Below, piece after piece: positions 46,192-58,463 of a DNA stretch of 64,000 nt (its first letter is position 1; each line of letters begins with the position of its first letter). The translations under genes and the position numbers were made by a program. The notes under the pieces were generated by a model. The model saw nothing but the letters and a program-made list of their open reading frames with translations, ran no database searches and was not told the origin of the DNA. This stretch comes from Coriobacteriia bacterium (GTDB lineage: Bacteria > Actinomycetota > Coriobacteriia > Coriobacteriales > UBA8131), in NCBI GenBank assembly GCA_009776725.1, contig WRNE01000002.1, forward strand, positions 1-64,000. The letters are read 5' to 3'.

Positions 46192-46452
46192 GCTCCTTTG
46201 CCACGCAGGTCATTAGCTTTTTATGCATAGATTATAAACGTTTGGCTGTTGGAACTAGCACGTCTGCCGGACAGGCCTGACCAAGCTAGATCCTTACGAA
46301 ACGAGCGGTATGCTTCGCAAGCCTAGTCTATATGCTGATCAAACCGTCAGTTTGTAGCAAGTATCAAGTAGACAGCATAAAGCACCAGCTACAAAAAGAG
46401 CGCACCGAAGTGCGCCCTTTTGCTGATTGGCTTGCTTGTTTGTAACTAAGCC

Positions 46453-48093
<1,641 letters not shown>

Positions 48094-48125
48094 TTATCCC
48101 TTCTAGTTTTCTCACTCGACGCCAA

Positions 48126-48413
48126 TTAGTCGACAACAGCATAAATATCGTCGGCACGAAGGATGATCAGTTCTTCCTCATCGATTTTCACCTCTGTACC
48201 GCCATACTTGCTGTAAATAACACTGTCACCCACATTTACCTGGGGTTTAACGAGATTTCCATTGTTGTCCAAGCGACCTTCGCCGACAGCGATAACAACT
48301 CCTCGATCCGGTTTTTCTGTAGCTGTAGACGCTAAAACCAATCCAGACGCGGTCGTTGTCTCCGCATCATCCTGCTTGACGATTACACGGTCGCCCAAAG
48401 GTTTGAGACTCAT
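48126..48413 (-). CDS. groES: Co-chaperonin GroES (Cpn10).
   Basis: The start MSLKPLGDRVIVK is preceded by AGGAGG. The track ORF extends upstream to 48467. Confidence 0.9.
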   Translation of the reverse strand: MSLKPLGDRVIVKQDDAETTTASGLVLASTATEKPDRGVVIAVGEGRLDNNGNLVKPQVNVGDSVIYSKYGGTEVKIDEEELIILRADDIYAVVD

Positions 48414-48460
48414 CGAATAGACCTCCTCTATGCTTTCTTTACAAATTGTTTGTTTTGCTC

Positions 48461-48487
48461 TTAGCACTCCTAAACCAAGAGTGCTAG
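48461..48487. promoter_or_regulatory. CIRCE operator (HrcA binding site) TTAGCACTC-N9-GAGTGCTAG.
   Basis: The site matches the consensus TTAGCACTC-N9-GAGTGCTAA in 17 of 18 positions. It lies about 50 nt upstream of the groES start. Confidence 0.85.
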
Positions 48488-48773
48488 AAGCATGATACTA
48501 TCACCCAGGTCGAATGCAAGTATATCTTCAGAGTGTAATCCTCTTGTCAATAACAAAAGCTATCAAAAAAACTGCTTCGGAAACGCAGAATACAACGGGT
48601 ACGCATCTCAACTTGCATCGGCTTTTTTATACAACACAAACAGCAAATGACCGGGATGAATAGTGCCTACTCCCGATCTTTTGCTGTTTTTCCACAGGCT
48701 GGGCCAGTATTAATACTGTGTGAACAGAGGATTTACGATAAACGATACTAACACCCTCTCTAAAACAGCACAA

Positions 48774-49058
48774 TTACTGCCTAGCCCGATGAACGGCAGT
48801 CTGTAGCGAGCTTAGCAATTCCAAAGCCTTGGGATAAAGCTCGTCAAGCTCGCACCCGCAGTCGCCACATTCTTCGTTTGCCTGTTCGACGGCTTCAATT
48901 AAGACACTTGTTGTCGATTGGCTAAGGCTGTCTTGCGCGCACTCATCCAACCAGGCTTTTGCCGGCACTTCAATCAAGTCCCATTCTGAATCCACGAACT
49001 TTGTAAGTATTTGTACCAACTCCGCATACTTTTCATTCATTGGCTGCTCCAATCCCAA
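48774..49058 (-). CDS. Hypothetical acidic protein with a CGDCGC motif.
   Basis: The 94-aa ORF has no assignable family. Confidence 0.35.
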   Translation of the reverse strand: MGLEQPMNEKYAELVQILTKFVDSEWDLIEVPAKAWLDECAQDSLSQSTTSVLIEAVEQANEECGDCGCELDELYPKALELLSSLQTAVHRARQ

Positions 49059-49117
49059 ATTCCATCAGCTAAGCAACATACTACAGTGTACTGCCTGCAT
49101 ATCCAGTATGTTTCAAT

Positions 49118-49143
49118 GTGCATGATTTAAGTCAATCATGCAC
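49118..49143. promoter_or_regulatory. Perfect 10-bp inverted repeat GTGCATGATT-N6-AATCATGCAC.
   Basis: The repeat is read directly from the sequence. It lies about 80 nt upstream of the RBS-led ORF at 49224. Confidence 0.4.
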
Positions 49144-49223
49144 ATTTCTTGTTTTGAAGGTGACAAAAGGCATGATAATTAAAGCATGGCTCTTAAGCCT
49201 TGGAGCGAGTACGAGGAGGCCGC

Positions 49224-49640
49224 ATGCTTAATGCCAAAGAGAACTATTTGGCTCGTCTTCGTGGAGAACAGCCTGACTATGTACCGCTTTACACCTTTGG
49301 CCGAATGCCTGGGGTGACCGGCCCCGTGTCGAATGCGATGATGGGCCCTCCCTTGTTACAGCCCCAACGCGGCCCTGATGGGCCTGGCAGAAGCAGAAAC
49401 CAGATCGAAAAACATGATTATCCAAGACAAGGCAAGAAGCTACAGTGCTGGCTTCTACACGAAATAACACAAGCGCTAGAGTGTCTTAAAAAAATGAAGG
49501 CTTGGGTTTTTTATAAGCCTGTAAAGCTTAAAAAACACTACTCTGGTGATGAAGTGAGGCAAATAACTGTATGCAACAGAGATACAATGGTAAAGTGTAC
49601 GAATCAGGCAAGTCCAGCAACTTGTAATGGCAGGAATTAA
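49224..49640 (+). pseudogene. Possible remnant of a URO-D/MtaA-like methyltransferase gene. Only the first roughly 25 aa look family-like.
   Basis: The strong RBS GAGGAGG is followed by MLNAKENYLARLRGEQPDYVPLY, which resembles the URO-D-family N-terminus. The rest is low-complexity or non-family sequence. The region has lower GC than its surroundings. Confidence 0.3.
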
Positions 49641-49733
49641 CGAAGGCTCGCCGATAGTTGCAAAACATAGAGCTTTACTTGATGTCTTTAAGCGTTAAGG
49701 AATAGATAGCTTGTCAAGAAAGGGGTAAACGGA

Positions 49734-50333
49734 ATGAACATGATAATTTTAGGAGGATTTCTTGGCTCGGGTAAAACGACTACCTTGTTGTCTTTAGCTA
49801 AGTATTTAGTTGACAACACCGAGTCTGACAAGGAATTCAAAGTAATGATCATCGAAAACGAGGTTGGTGAGATTGGCATTGACGATAGCTTCATCAGCAG
49901 CAGCGGGCTGCAGGTCAGCACCCTCTTTAGCGGTTGCGCCTGTTGCACATTGTCTGGCGAGCTAACGTCGACAGCACAGGTCATCCAGCGTGATTATGAC
50001 CCAGAATGGCTAATAGTCGAAACAACAGGCGTCGCATATCCCCGATCAATGCAAGAGAACTTAGAAAGGGCCTGCAAGACTAAGCCGCAGATTTTCATAT
50101 TGGCCGATATCAACCGCTTTGAACGCCAAATGCGGGCGATGGGCCAATTGATCGCAGACCAAGTCGTCGGATCTGACGCCGTGTTCATGAATAAGATCGA
50201 CTTGGTTGACGATGACACCCAAGCCAGGGTCAAGCTGATGGTCGAGGAAATGGAACCAAACACCAATGTCTACCTAGTCACTGCTAATGCAGGAATCGAT
50301 AGCTCGATTTGGGATACCACCGTTTTGAAGTGA
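49734..50333 (+). CDS. COG0523/CobW-family G3E GTPase, GTPase domain only (N-terminal fragment of a split gene).
   Basis: It has a P-loop (GGFLGSGKTT), the CxCC metal motif (GCACC) and an NKxD-like motif (MNKID). It ends at a TGA, and the following ORF is in the +1 frame. Confidence 0.75.
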   Translation: MNMIILGGFLGSGKTTTLLSLAKYLVDNTESDKEFKVMIIENEVGEIGIDDSFISSSGLQVSTLFSGCACCTLSGELTSTAQVIQRDYDPEWLIVETTGVAYPRSMQENLERACKTKPQIFILADINRFERQMRAMGQLIADQVVGSDAVFMNKIDLVDDDTQARVKLMVEEMEPNTNVYLVTANAGIDSSIWDTTVLK

Positions 50334-50341
50334 GGCAGCAG

Positions 50342-50800
50342 ATGGACGAAAACGAACATGACCACGACGAGCACGACCACGACCATGACCACGACGAGCA
50401 CGACCACGACCATGACCATGACGAGCATGACCACGACCACGAGCACGAACTAGCAAATGGCGAGGTCGAGGTAAACCTCCACGAGGAGGGGGCAATGATA
50501 GCCTCGGGCTCGCTTAGCATAGTCGGGGTTGAAGCCGAAGACATCAGTGCCAAACTAGCCGACGCCTTAAGCCGAGTGGCACACCATGTAGAGGATGCTG
50601 GCGGGATGATTGGGCACCTAAAAGCCACTGTTGCCAGTACTTCCATGCGCATGCTCTCGCATACTGATGCGCATACCGAGGTCTCGATCAAGGTCTCCCC
50701 ACAGTCAGAGGTAGTGGTCAACCTGGTCCTTATCGTCTTTATGGTCGACCAAGACGACCTATTAAAGTGGGGCCAGGAAGTAATGACCGCCCTACAATGA
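50342..50800 (+). CDS. His/Asp-rich linker plus CobW C-terminal domain protein, the C-terminal fragment of a split COG0523 gene.
   Basis: The start MDENEHDHDEHDHDHD... is 6 nt after GTGAGG. The HD-rich stretch is about 35 aa, and a CobW_C-like domain follows. Confidence 0.6.
   Translation: MDENEHDHDEHDHDHDHDEHDHDHDHDEHDHDHEHELANGEVEVNLHEEGAMIASGSLSIVGVEAEDISAKLADALSRVAHHVEDAGGMIGHLKATVASTSMRMLSHTDAHTEVSIKVSPQSEVVVNLVLIVFMVDQDDLLKWGQEVMTALQ
50355..50446 (+). repeat. Tandem 27-nt repeat (gacgagcacgaccacgaccatgaccac x3) encoding (DEHDHDHDH)3.
   Basis: Three near-identical units are visible at 50366-50392, 50393-50419 and 50420-50446. Confidence 0.8.
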
Positions 50801-50883
50801 TTGTTTGACCCCAAAACCCGAGAAAGCCTGTTTCCAAGTTAACAGGCTTTCTCTTTATTTAACGTGCTTTTTTAAGTCTTTGT

Positions 50884-51948
50884 CTAGACTAGGCCCAAAT
50901 ACCTTTTACGGGAGTGGGCATAGACTTCCTCGGAGAAGGCAGGGGTAAAAGCCCATGAGCTGTAAAAGTCGGCGATAGCAACTTTTCCAGGATGGCAGTA
51001 ATACTCGACAAACTCACGCGCCCTTTGACGCTGCTCTTCTTCTGAGGTCGTCTCTGGGTCGAACTCGTCAGGGATAACAGCGATCACGATCTTATCCCCA
51101 TATTTGTCATAAAGCTTCTTGGTATCGTTCATGGCCTGCGGGGTCCATTGGTCGAATCCGCCATCGATGAAGATCTGGATGCGGTCCTCGAGGTGCCCGC
51201 ACGAATGCAGGGTGGCGACGCGGCCTTTGGAATGGATGTAGTCCGTCAAACGCTTGATGTGCGGCAAGAACATCTCTACGCCCACATCATAGGAGAAGAA
51301 GGGGGCACGTTGCGAGCCCCAGTCGTCATGGATGTTAAACCCGTCTAAGGCCGGCCAGTACTCGAGGTACTTGTCTACCAGCTTGCATGCCAGGTCGGTC
51401 ATGGCCTCGAAGATCTCGTGCACAGCAGGCTTTTGGTCCTCGTCGATGATGGCAATGGCTGCTCCTTCGAAGTCCATGAAGGAGATCAGGCGCTCGAACC
51501 AGAAGCCGTTGACCAACGTGACTTGGCTAAACAGCGTCTTGTTTACCTTGCTCTCCTCTGCTGCCGACTCCCAGTCCCACTCGTCAATGTTTGGGATTCT
51601 GATCTTGTCGCGCCATTCGTTGGCGTTAAGCAAGAGAGGGTCGCCTGGCTTGACGATCGACCCGCCGACCATCTCGACCCAGACCCATTCGATGCCAAAG
51701 GCATCGACCGTGCCTTCTGGGCCGCCGCGGCCGAGCAGCTGGTTGTACAAGGGCATGGATACGCCGCCGGAGTTGCCGGGAGCGTACATCCAATACGGGT
51801 GCTTGTTGAAATACATGGCGGCGGCGTTTTCTTTCGCTGTCACCGGAGTGTCTCTGATAGGCATGCCTGGCATGCCGAAGAATCCTGGAAGCTCGTCGAT
51901 CTGCCTAAGCTCTCGCGGCTCAAAGGGGATAGCTCTAGTCATACTCAA
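50884..51948 (-). CDS. Uroporphyrinogen-decarboxylase-family (MtaA/CmuA-like) Zn-dependent methyltransferase, paralogue 1.
   Basis: The 354-aa protein has a URO-D fold and the Zn-ligand context ATLHSCGH...YYCHPGK. Confidence 0.65.
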   Translation of the reverse strand: MSMTRAIPFEPRELRQIDELPGFFGMPGMPIRDTPVTAKENAAAMYFNKHPYWMYAPGNSGGVSMPLYNQLLGRGGPEGTVDAFGIEWVWVEMVGGSIVKPGDPLLLNANEWRDKIRIPNIDEWDWESAAEESKVNKTLFSQVTLVNGFWFERLISFMDFEGAAIAIIDEDQKPAVHEIFEAMTDLACKLVDKYLEYWPALDGFNIHDDWGSQRAPFFSYDVGVEMFLPHIKRLTDYIHSKGRVATLHSCGHLEDRIQIFIDGGFDQWTPQAMNDTKKLYDKYGDKIVIAVIPDEFDPETTSEEEQRQRAREFVEYYCHPGKVAIADFYSSWAFTPAFSEEVYAHSRKRYLGLV

Positions 51949-52019
51949 AGTCCTTTCACTTGGGTCATTGGCTAAGACACTTATAAAAAGCGGTGTGCTT
52001 TGGCTTGTCTTGCACTAGG

Positions 52020-53075
52020 CTAGACCAAACCGAGGTACCGCTTCCGGGAATGCTCGTACACCTCGTCGATAAAGACCTGGGGGAACGATCCGCCGAACGT
52101 GTCCATGACAGCAAACTTGCCAGGATGGCAGAAGTACTCGACATAGTCCCGGGCCCGTTGACGGGCTTCGGCCTCTGAAGTCGTTTCGGCATCGAAGAGC
52201 TCTGGGAGGACGGAGACGATGAGCTTATCCCCATATTTGTCATACAGCATCTTGGTGTCGTTCATCGTCTGGGGGGACCATTGCTGGAAGCCGCCTTCAA
52301 TGAAGACTTCGACACGGTCGACATTGTGCCCGCACGAGTGCAAAGTCACAACGCGGCCTTTGGACTTGATGTGGTTGGTGAGGATCTTCATGTAGGGCAA
52401 GAACATCTCGATTGCGACATCGTTGGAGAAGAAGGGCGAGCGCTGGGAGCCCCAGTCATCGTGGACGTTGAATCCGTCCAGGCCAGGCCAGTACTCGACA
52501 AACTTGTCGACCAGCCGGCATCCCAGGTCGGTCATGGCCTCGAAGATCTCGTGCACAGCTGGTTTTTGGTCCTCATCGATGATGGCAATGGCTGCTCCTT
52601 CGAAGTCCATAAAGGAGATCAGGCGCTCGAACCAAAAGCCGTTCACAAAGGACATCTGGGTAAAGAGGGTCTTGTCGACCTTGGTCTCCTCTGCGGCACC
52701 GGCCCAGTCCCAGGCATCGATGTCGGGGATTTTGATCTTGTCGCGCCACTCGTTGGCGTTTAGCAGCAAGGGGTCACCAGGCGCAACGATCGACCCGCCA
52801 ACCATCTCCACCCAGACCCATTCCAAGCCGAAGGCGTCGACTGTGCCGCCTGGGCCTCCCCTACCGAGGAGTTCGTTGTACATGGGCAGTGAGAACATGC
52901 CTGAGTTTCCCGGCCCTTGCATCCAAAACGGATGGCGGTCGAAATACATGGCTGCTGCGTTTTCTTTCGCTGTTACCGGCGTGTCCCTTATTGGGGTTCC
53001 AGGCCCACCGAAGAAGCCTGGCATTTCGCCGACTTGCCTTAGTTCCCTTGGTTCGAAGGGTATTGGTCTAAACAT
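52020..53075 (-). CDS. Uroporphyrinogen-decarboxylase-family (MtaA/CmuA-like) methyltransferase, paralogue 2.
   Basis: It is highly similar to paralogue 1 (MFRPIPFEPRELRQVGEMPGFFGGPG... versus MSMTRAIPFEPRELRQIDELPGFFGMPG...). The start at 53075 is preceded by AAGGAG. The track ORF extends to 53183. Confidence 0.65.
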   Translation of the reverse strand: MFRPIPFEPRELRQVGEMPGFFGGPGTPIRDTPVTAKENAAAMYFDRHPFWMQGPGNSGMFSLPMYNELLGRGGPGGTVDAFGLEWVWVEMVGGSIVAPGDPLLLNANEWRDKIKIPDIDAWDWAGAAEETKVDKTLFTQMSFVNGFWFERLISFMDFEGAAIAIIDEDQKPAVHEIFEAMTDLGCRLVDKFVEYWPGLDGFNVHDDWGSQRSPFFSNDVAIEMFLPYMKILTNHIKSKGRVVTLHSCGHNVDRVEVFIEGGFQQWSPQTMNDTKMLYDKYGDKLIVSVLPELFDAETTSEAEARQRARDYVEYFCHPGKFAVMDTFGGSFPQVFIDEVYEHSRKRYLGLV

Positions 53076-53288
53076 AGAGGTTCCGCTCCTTTCAGTTGCT
53101 TTGCAATGCGGTTCTATACTCGCTTGACAAGTGTTTACTGACTCACACTGTATGACTACATTGTAGACGAGGCCATAAGGCAAGGGGAGAAATAAGGCAG
53201 GCTTTCATCTATCTTAAAACTAATTGCTGGCAGCATTCGACAGTTTGCCTTAAACGCCCGGTGTCCGGCTTGGTTTCGTAGGCCCGAT

Positions 53289-55640
<2,352 letters not shown>

Positions 55641-55762
55641 TCATGGGGCTGGATGCGCTATCGGGTGTAACAGACCAGCTGGCTTGAGAGGGCTGTGATA
55701 GCCTGGGGCCCTCTTAGTCTTGGAAGGGTATAGGCACTCGTGGGTTTCTCCACATATTGGCC

Positions 55763-57634
55763 CTACATCCTGACCATCAAGGAGACCATGAACTGCCCGT
55801 TGGTGATCTCGATCTTCATACTGCCGTCATAGCGGTCGACAATGGCCTGGACGGAAGTCAGCCCGATTCCGCGGCCTTGGCGTTTGCGGGAGAAGAACAC
55901 GCCGTCATGGGTCTCGTAATGGCCGTCGAACGCGTTGTCCACCGTGATCGTGAGGTTGTTGCTCACCACCTGGCTGCGTAGCTTTATCACCCTTTGGCCG
56001 ACAGGCAGGTACATTGACGCCTCGATGGCGTTCTCGAAAAGGTTGCCGAAGACAATGCTCATGTCGCTTTCGCTGATCCGGCCCAGGTCGGAGGGGACCA
56101 CCAGGCTCAGATCGGTCTCGATCTGGTTCGACTCGGCCATTAAGAGGTAGTGCGAGACCACTGCGTTGACTGAGAAATTGTCCGTCAGGATGAGTTGGGC
56201 GAAAGTAGGCGTATAGTCTTCCAGCTCGTCGATGTAGGCCAAGGCCCCCGGGTTGTTCCCGCTTTCGATGTAGCTGCGGATAGCCGAGAGCTGGTGGCGC
56301 ATATCGTGTCGCATCATACGGACCTGCTCGGCAGACTCGGACAGCTGCTGGTACAAGACCCGTTGTTTTTCCAGGTTGCCGGCCATTGCCTCGACCTCGA
56401 TGGCCAGCCTTTCGCTTTGCCGGGCAGCTGCGAAGCGCTGGTTGACCAAGCGTCCGCCAAAGACCGACATCCAGGCAGTGAAGACCATGAACCCAAGCAG
56501 CAGCAAGCCGTTTTGGAAAGGCCCGCCGATGGCTATGTTCACTAGGTCCAAAACCGCAAAAGCAGCCAGCAAGGCCGCTGGACAAAGCAAGCGGCTAGCC
56601 AAGACGGCTTTGAGCCTCAGGTAGTTATAGACGATGACCAGCCCGAGGGCCACCAGCGCGGTCGGGATAAAAAGCCTAATCAGCAGGCCGCTTAGGGCAA
56701 AGGGCAGCACTCCGCTAAGGTGGAGCACCACGGTGCAAATGGCTATTATTGCTGCAACAATACTCACCAAGCGCAAAGCACGCGACTCTTGCCTGTCCAT
56801 CACCAAGCGGTAAAAGACCGTCAAGGGAGGGACTACCGCCAACATGCTGACATAGGTGACGGTATAGACCAAAGACTTCAAGGGTATGAAATAGACTGCC
56901 AGGTCGTTGGCCGAAAGGTTCCAGATGCCAAAAGCCAGGCAGCTTAGGCCCATCCAAGCCATGGCATAGGCGACTGACGTGGCCCTAATCGAGATCACCG
57001 ACACAAGCACCAGCACCAGCCCAGCAATAAAAAGCCCCAAGGCAGCCACAAAAGAGACGCCGCTTGACCGGAGGAGGCTTAAAAAAAGGACCGCCGAGTC
57101 CCCCACATAAAACGGATAGACATCGATCGAGCTGACCAGCTCGCCGATCGTGTATACGAACCGGAACTCCTTTACCCCGTCGGCTGTGGGAAGGTCCATC
57201 ATCGAAACCTGCGGCGAGGGGACCCTTTGAAAGCTCGGATAAGTGTCAGCTTGCCCGGTTGAAAGGTACAAGACATCGTCGATATAGATATCTAGGGATG
57301 CCCCGACCACACGAAACAACAAATTGTCATAAAGGATCGTGTTCTCGTAGCAGGTGAGCACGATCTTATCCCCTTGTTTAAGGCTGTCTACCCGGCAAGG
57401 GAGCCCGACTTCAGCCGCCTCTTGGCCGTTGACAGACAGCGAGCCGCTGTCGAGGGCCCGCATTTCAGTCCAGTGATAAGTGACATTGTTACGGTCGGCG
57501 CTGGCCACGCCGATCATCAAGACAACGAGCAGCAGCATGACCAGGACATAGGCTAAGCGTATGAACTGACTGATCCGGCTCACAGTGCTAGACATCACTG
57601 CGGACCTTATTGAAGACATAGTCCTCATAAGCAC
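55763..57634 (-). CDS. Sensor histidine kinase of the AgrC/LytS-like (HPK10) type. It has an extracytoplasmic N-terminal domain of about 170 aa and a polytopic membrane domain.
   Basis: The C-terminal GHKL/HisKA_3-like region is RMMRHDMRHQLSAI...NLFENAIEAS...GRGIGL. After the N-terminal domain there are 6-7 TM helices. The start may be a downstream Met (57619 or 57595), which would reduce the 47-nt overlap with the response regulator. Confidence 0.75.
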   Translation of the reverse strand: MLMRTMSSIRSAVMSSTVSRISQFIRLAYVLVMLLLVVLMIGVASADRNNVTYHWTEMRALDSGSLSVNGQEAAEVGLPCRVDSLKQGDKIVLTCYENTILYDNLLFRVVGASLDIYIDDVLYLSTGQADTYPSFQRVPSPQVSMMDLPTADGVKEFRFVYTIGELVSSIDVYPFYVGDSAVLFLSLLRSSGVSFVAALGLFIAGLVLVLVSVISIRATSVAYAMAWMGLSCLAFGIWNLSANDLAVYFIPLKSLVYTVTYVSMLAVVPPLTVFYRLVMDRQESRALRLVSIVAAIIAICTVVLHLSGVLPFALSGLLIRLFIPTALVALGLVIVYNYLRLKAVLASRLLCPAALLAAFAVLDLVNIAIGGPFQNGLLLLGFMVFTAWMSVFGGRLVNQRFAAARQSERLAIEVEAMAGNLEKQRVLYQQLSESAEQVRMMRHDMRHQLSAIRSYIESGNNPGALAYIDELEDYTPTFAQLILTDNFSVNAVVSHYLLMAESNQIETDLSLVVPSDLGRISESDMSIVFGNLFENAIEASMYLPVGQRVIKLRSQVVSNNLTITVDNAFDGHYETHDGVFFSRKRQGRGIGLTSVQAIVDRYDGSMKIEITNGQFMVSLMVRM

Positions 57635-58325
57635 GCTTCATTTTGCGGTGGTTCTTCACGGTAATATAGGCAACCGAGCCGTCATCCATGATAAAATCGT
57701 CGCTCACCTCGTCGACCCGGTCGAAGTTCACCACGAACGAACGGTGCGACCGGGTGAACCGAGGCGATGGCAGGAGCTTGGCCAAGGCGTCGATAGTCAT
57801 TGTGGTGGTATAGACGTCGTCATCGGTATGCACCAAAGACCTCCGGTTGGACGACTCGATGTAGAGGATCTCGTTTAGGGGGATAAGAACGGGCACGTTC
57901 TCATAAACGATAGCCAAAGTCGCCCCCTGCGCCTTGTCGCGCTTGAGGATCGCCAGTTCCAGGGCGTCAAAGACGTCTTTGGCCACCAATGGCTTTACCA
58001 GGTACTTATACGCGTTTAGCCGGTAGCTCTCGCGAGTGAAGTCCTCGCTAGTGGTAGTAAAGACAATGACTACTTGGGTGTCTATGTCTCGGATTCGCTC
58101 TGCCGTCTCTACCCCATTGATCTCGTACATGTAGATATCTAAGAACAGCAGGTCATACTGGCTTTTATGGAAATCTGCCAGCAGCTCTTCGCCCGAGTGG
58201 TAGACCCTAATCTGCTTGTTCGTTTGATAGTCATTTATAAAACCAACGAGAATATCTATATCCGATTGGGTATCCTCAGCAATTGCTATTCGCAATACCG
58301 GATTGTCAACCGTCCCGTCTGCCAT
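57588..58325 (-). CDS. LytTR-family response regulator (AgrA/LytR-like).
   Basis: It has a receiver domain (LFLDIYM) and a C-terminal LytTR DNA-binding domain (...RSHRSFVVN). Confidence 0.85.
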   Translation of the reverse strand: MADGTVDNPVLRIAIAEDTQSDIDILVGFINDYQTNKQIRVYHSGEELLADFHKSQYDLLFLDIYMYEINGVETAERIRDIDTQVVIVFTTTSEDFTRESYRLNAYKYLVKPLVAKDVFDALELAILKRDKAQGATLAIVYENVPVLIPLNEILYIESSNRRSLVHTDDDVYTTTMTIDALAKLLPSPRFTRSHRSFVVNFDRVDEVSDDFIMDDGSVAYITVKNHRKMKRAYEDYVFNKVRSDV

Positions 58326-58463
58326 GAGCTACCTCCACGTGCCTTGCTCCCCATAACTCTAACTGACTATTACAATATTTATTTCTCGAACGCCATTTCG
58401 TGCAGCTGTCTTATGCTGCTGCCTGAAATACGTCCTTATGTTTAATAACCTTGGCTGTTTCGG

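Noticed and set aside
55905-56585. The minus-strand 226-aa ORF 55905-56585 and the + strand ORFs inside the HPK10 kinase gene.
   Set aside because: They are in alternative frames of the histidine kinase gene, with Arg/Gly/Pro-rich low-complexity translations.
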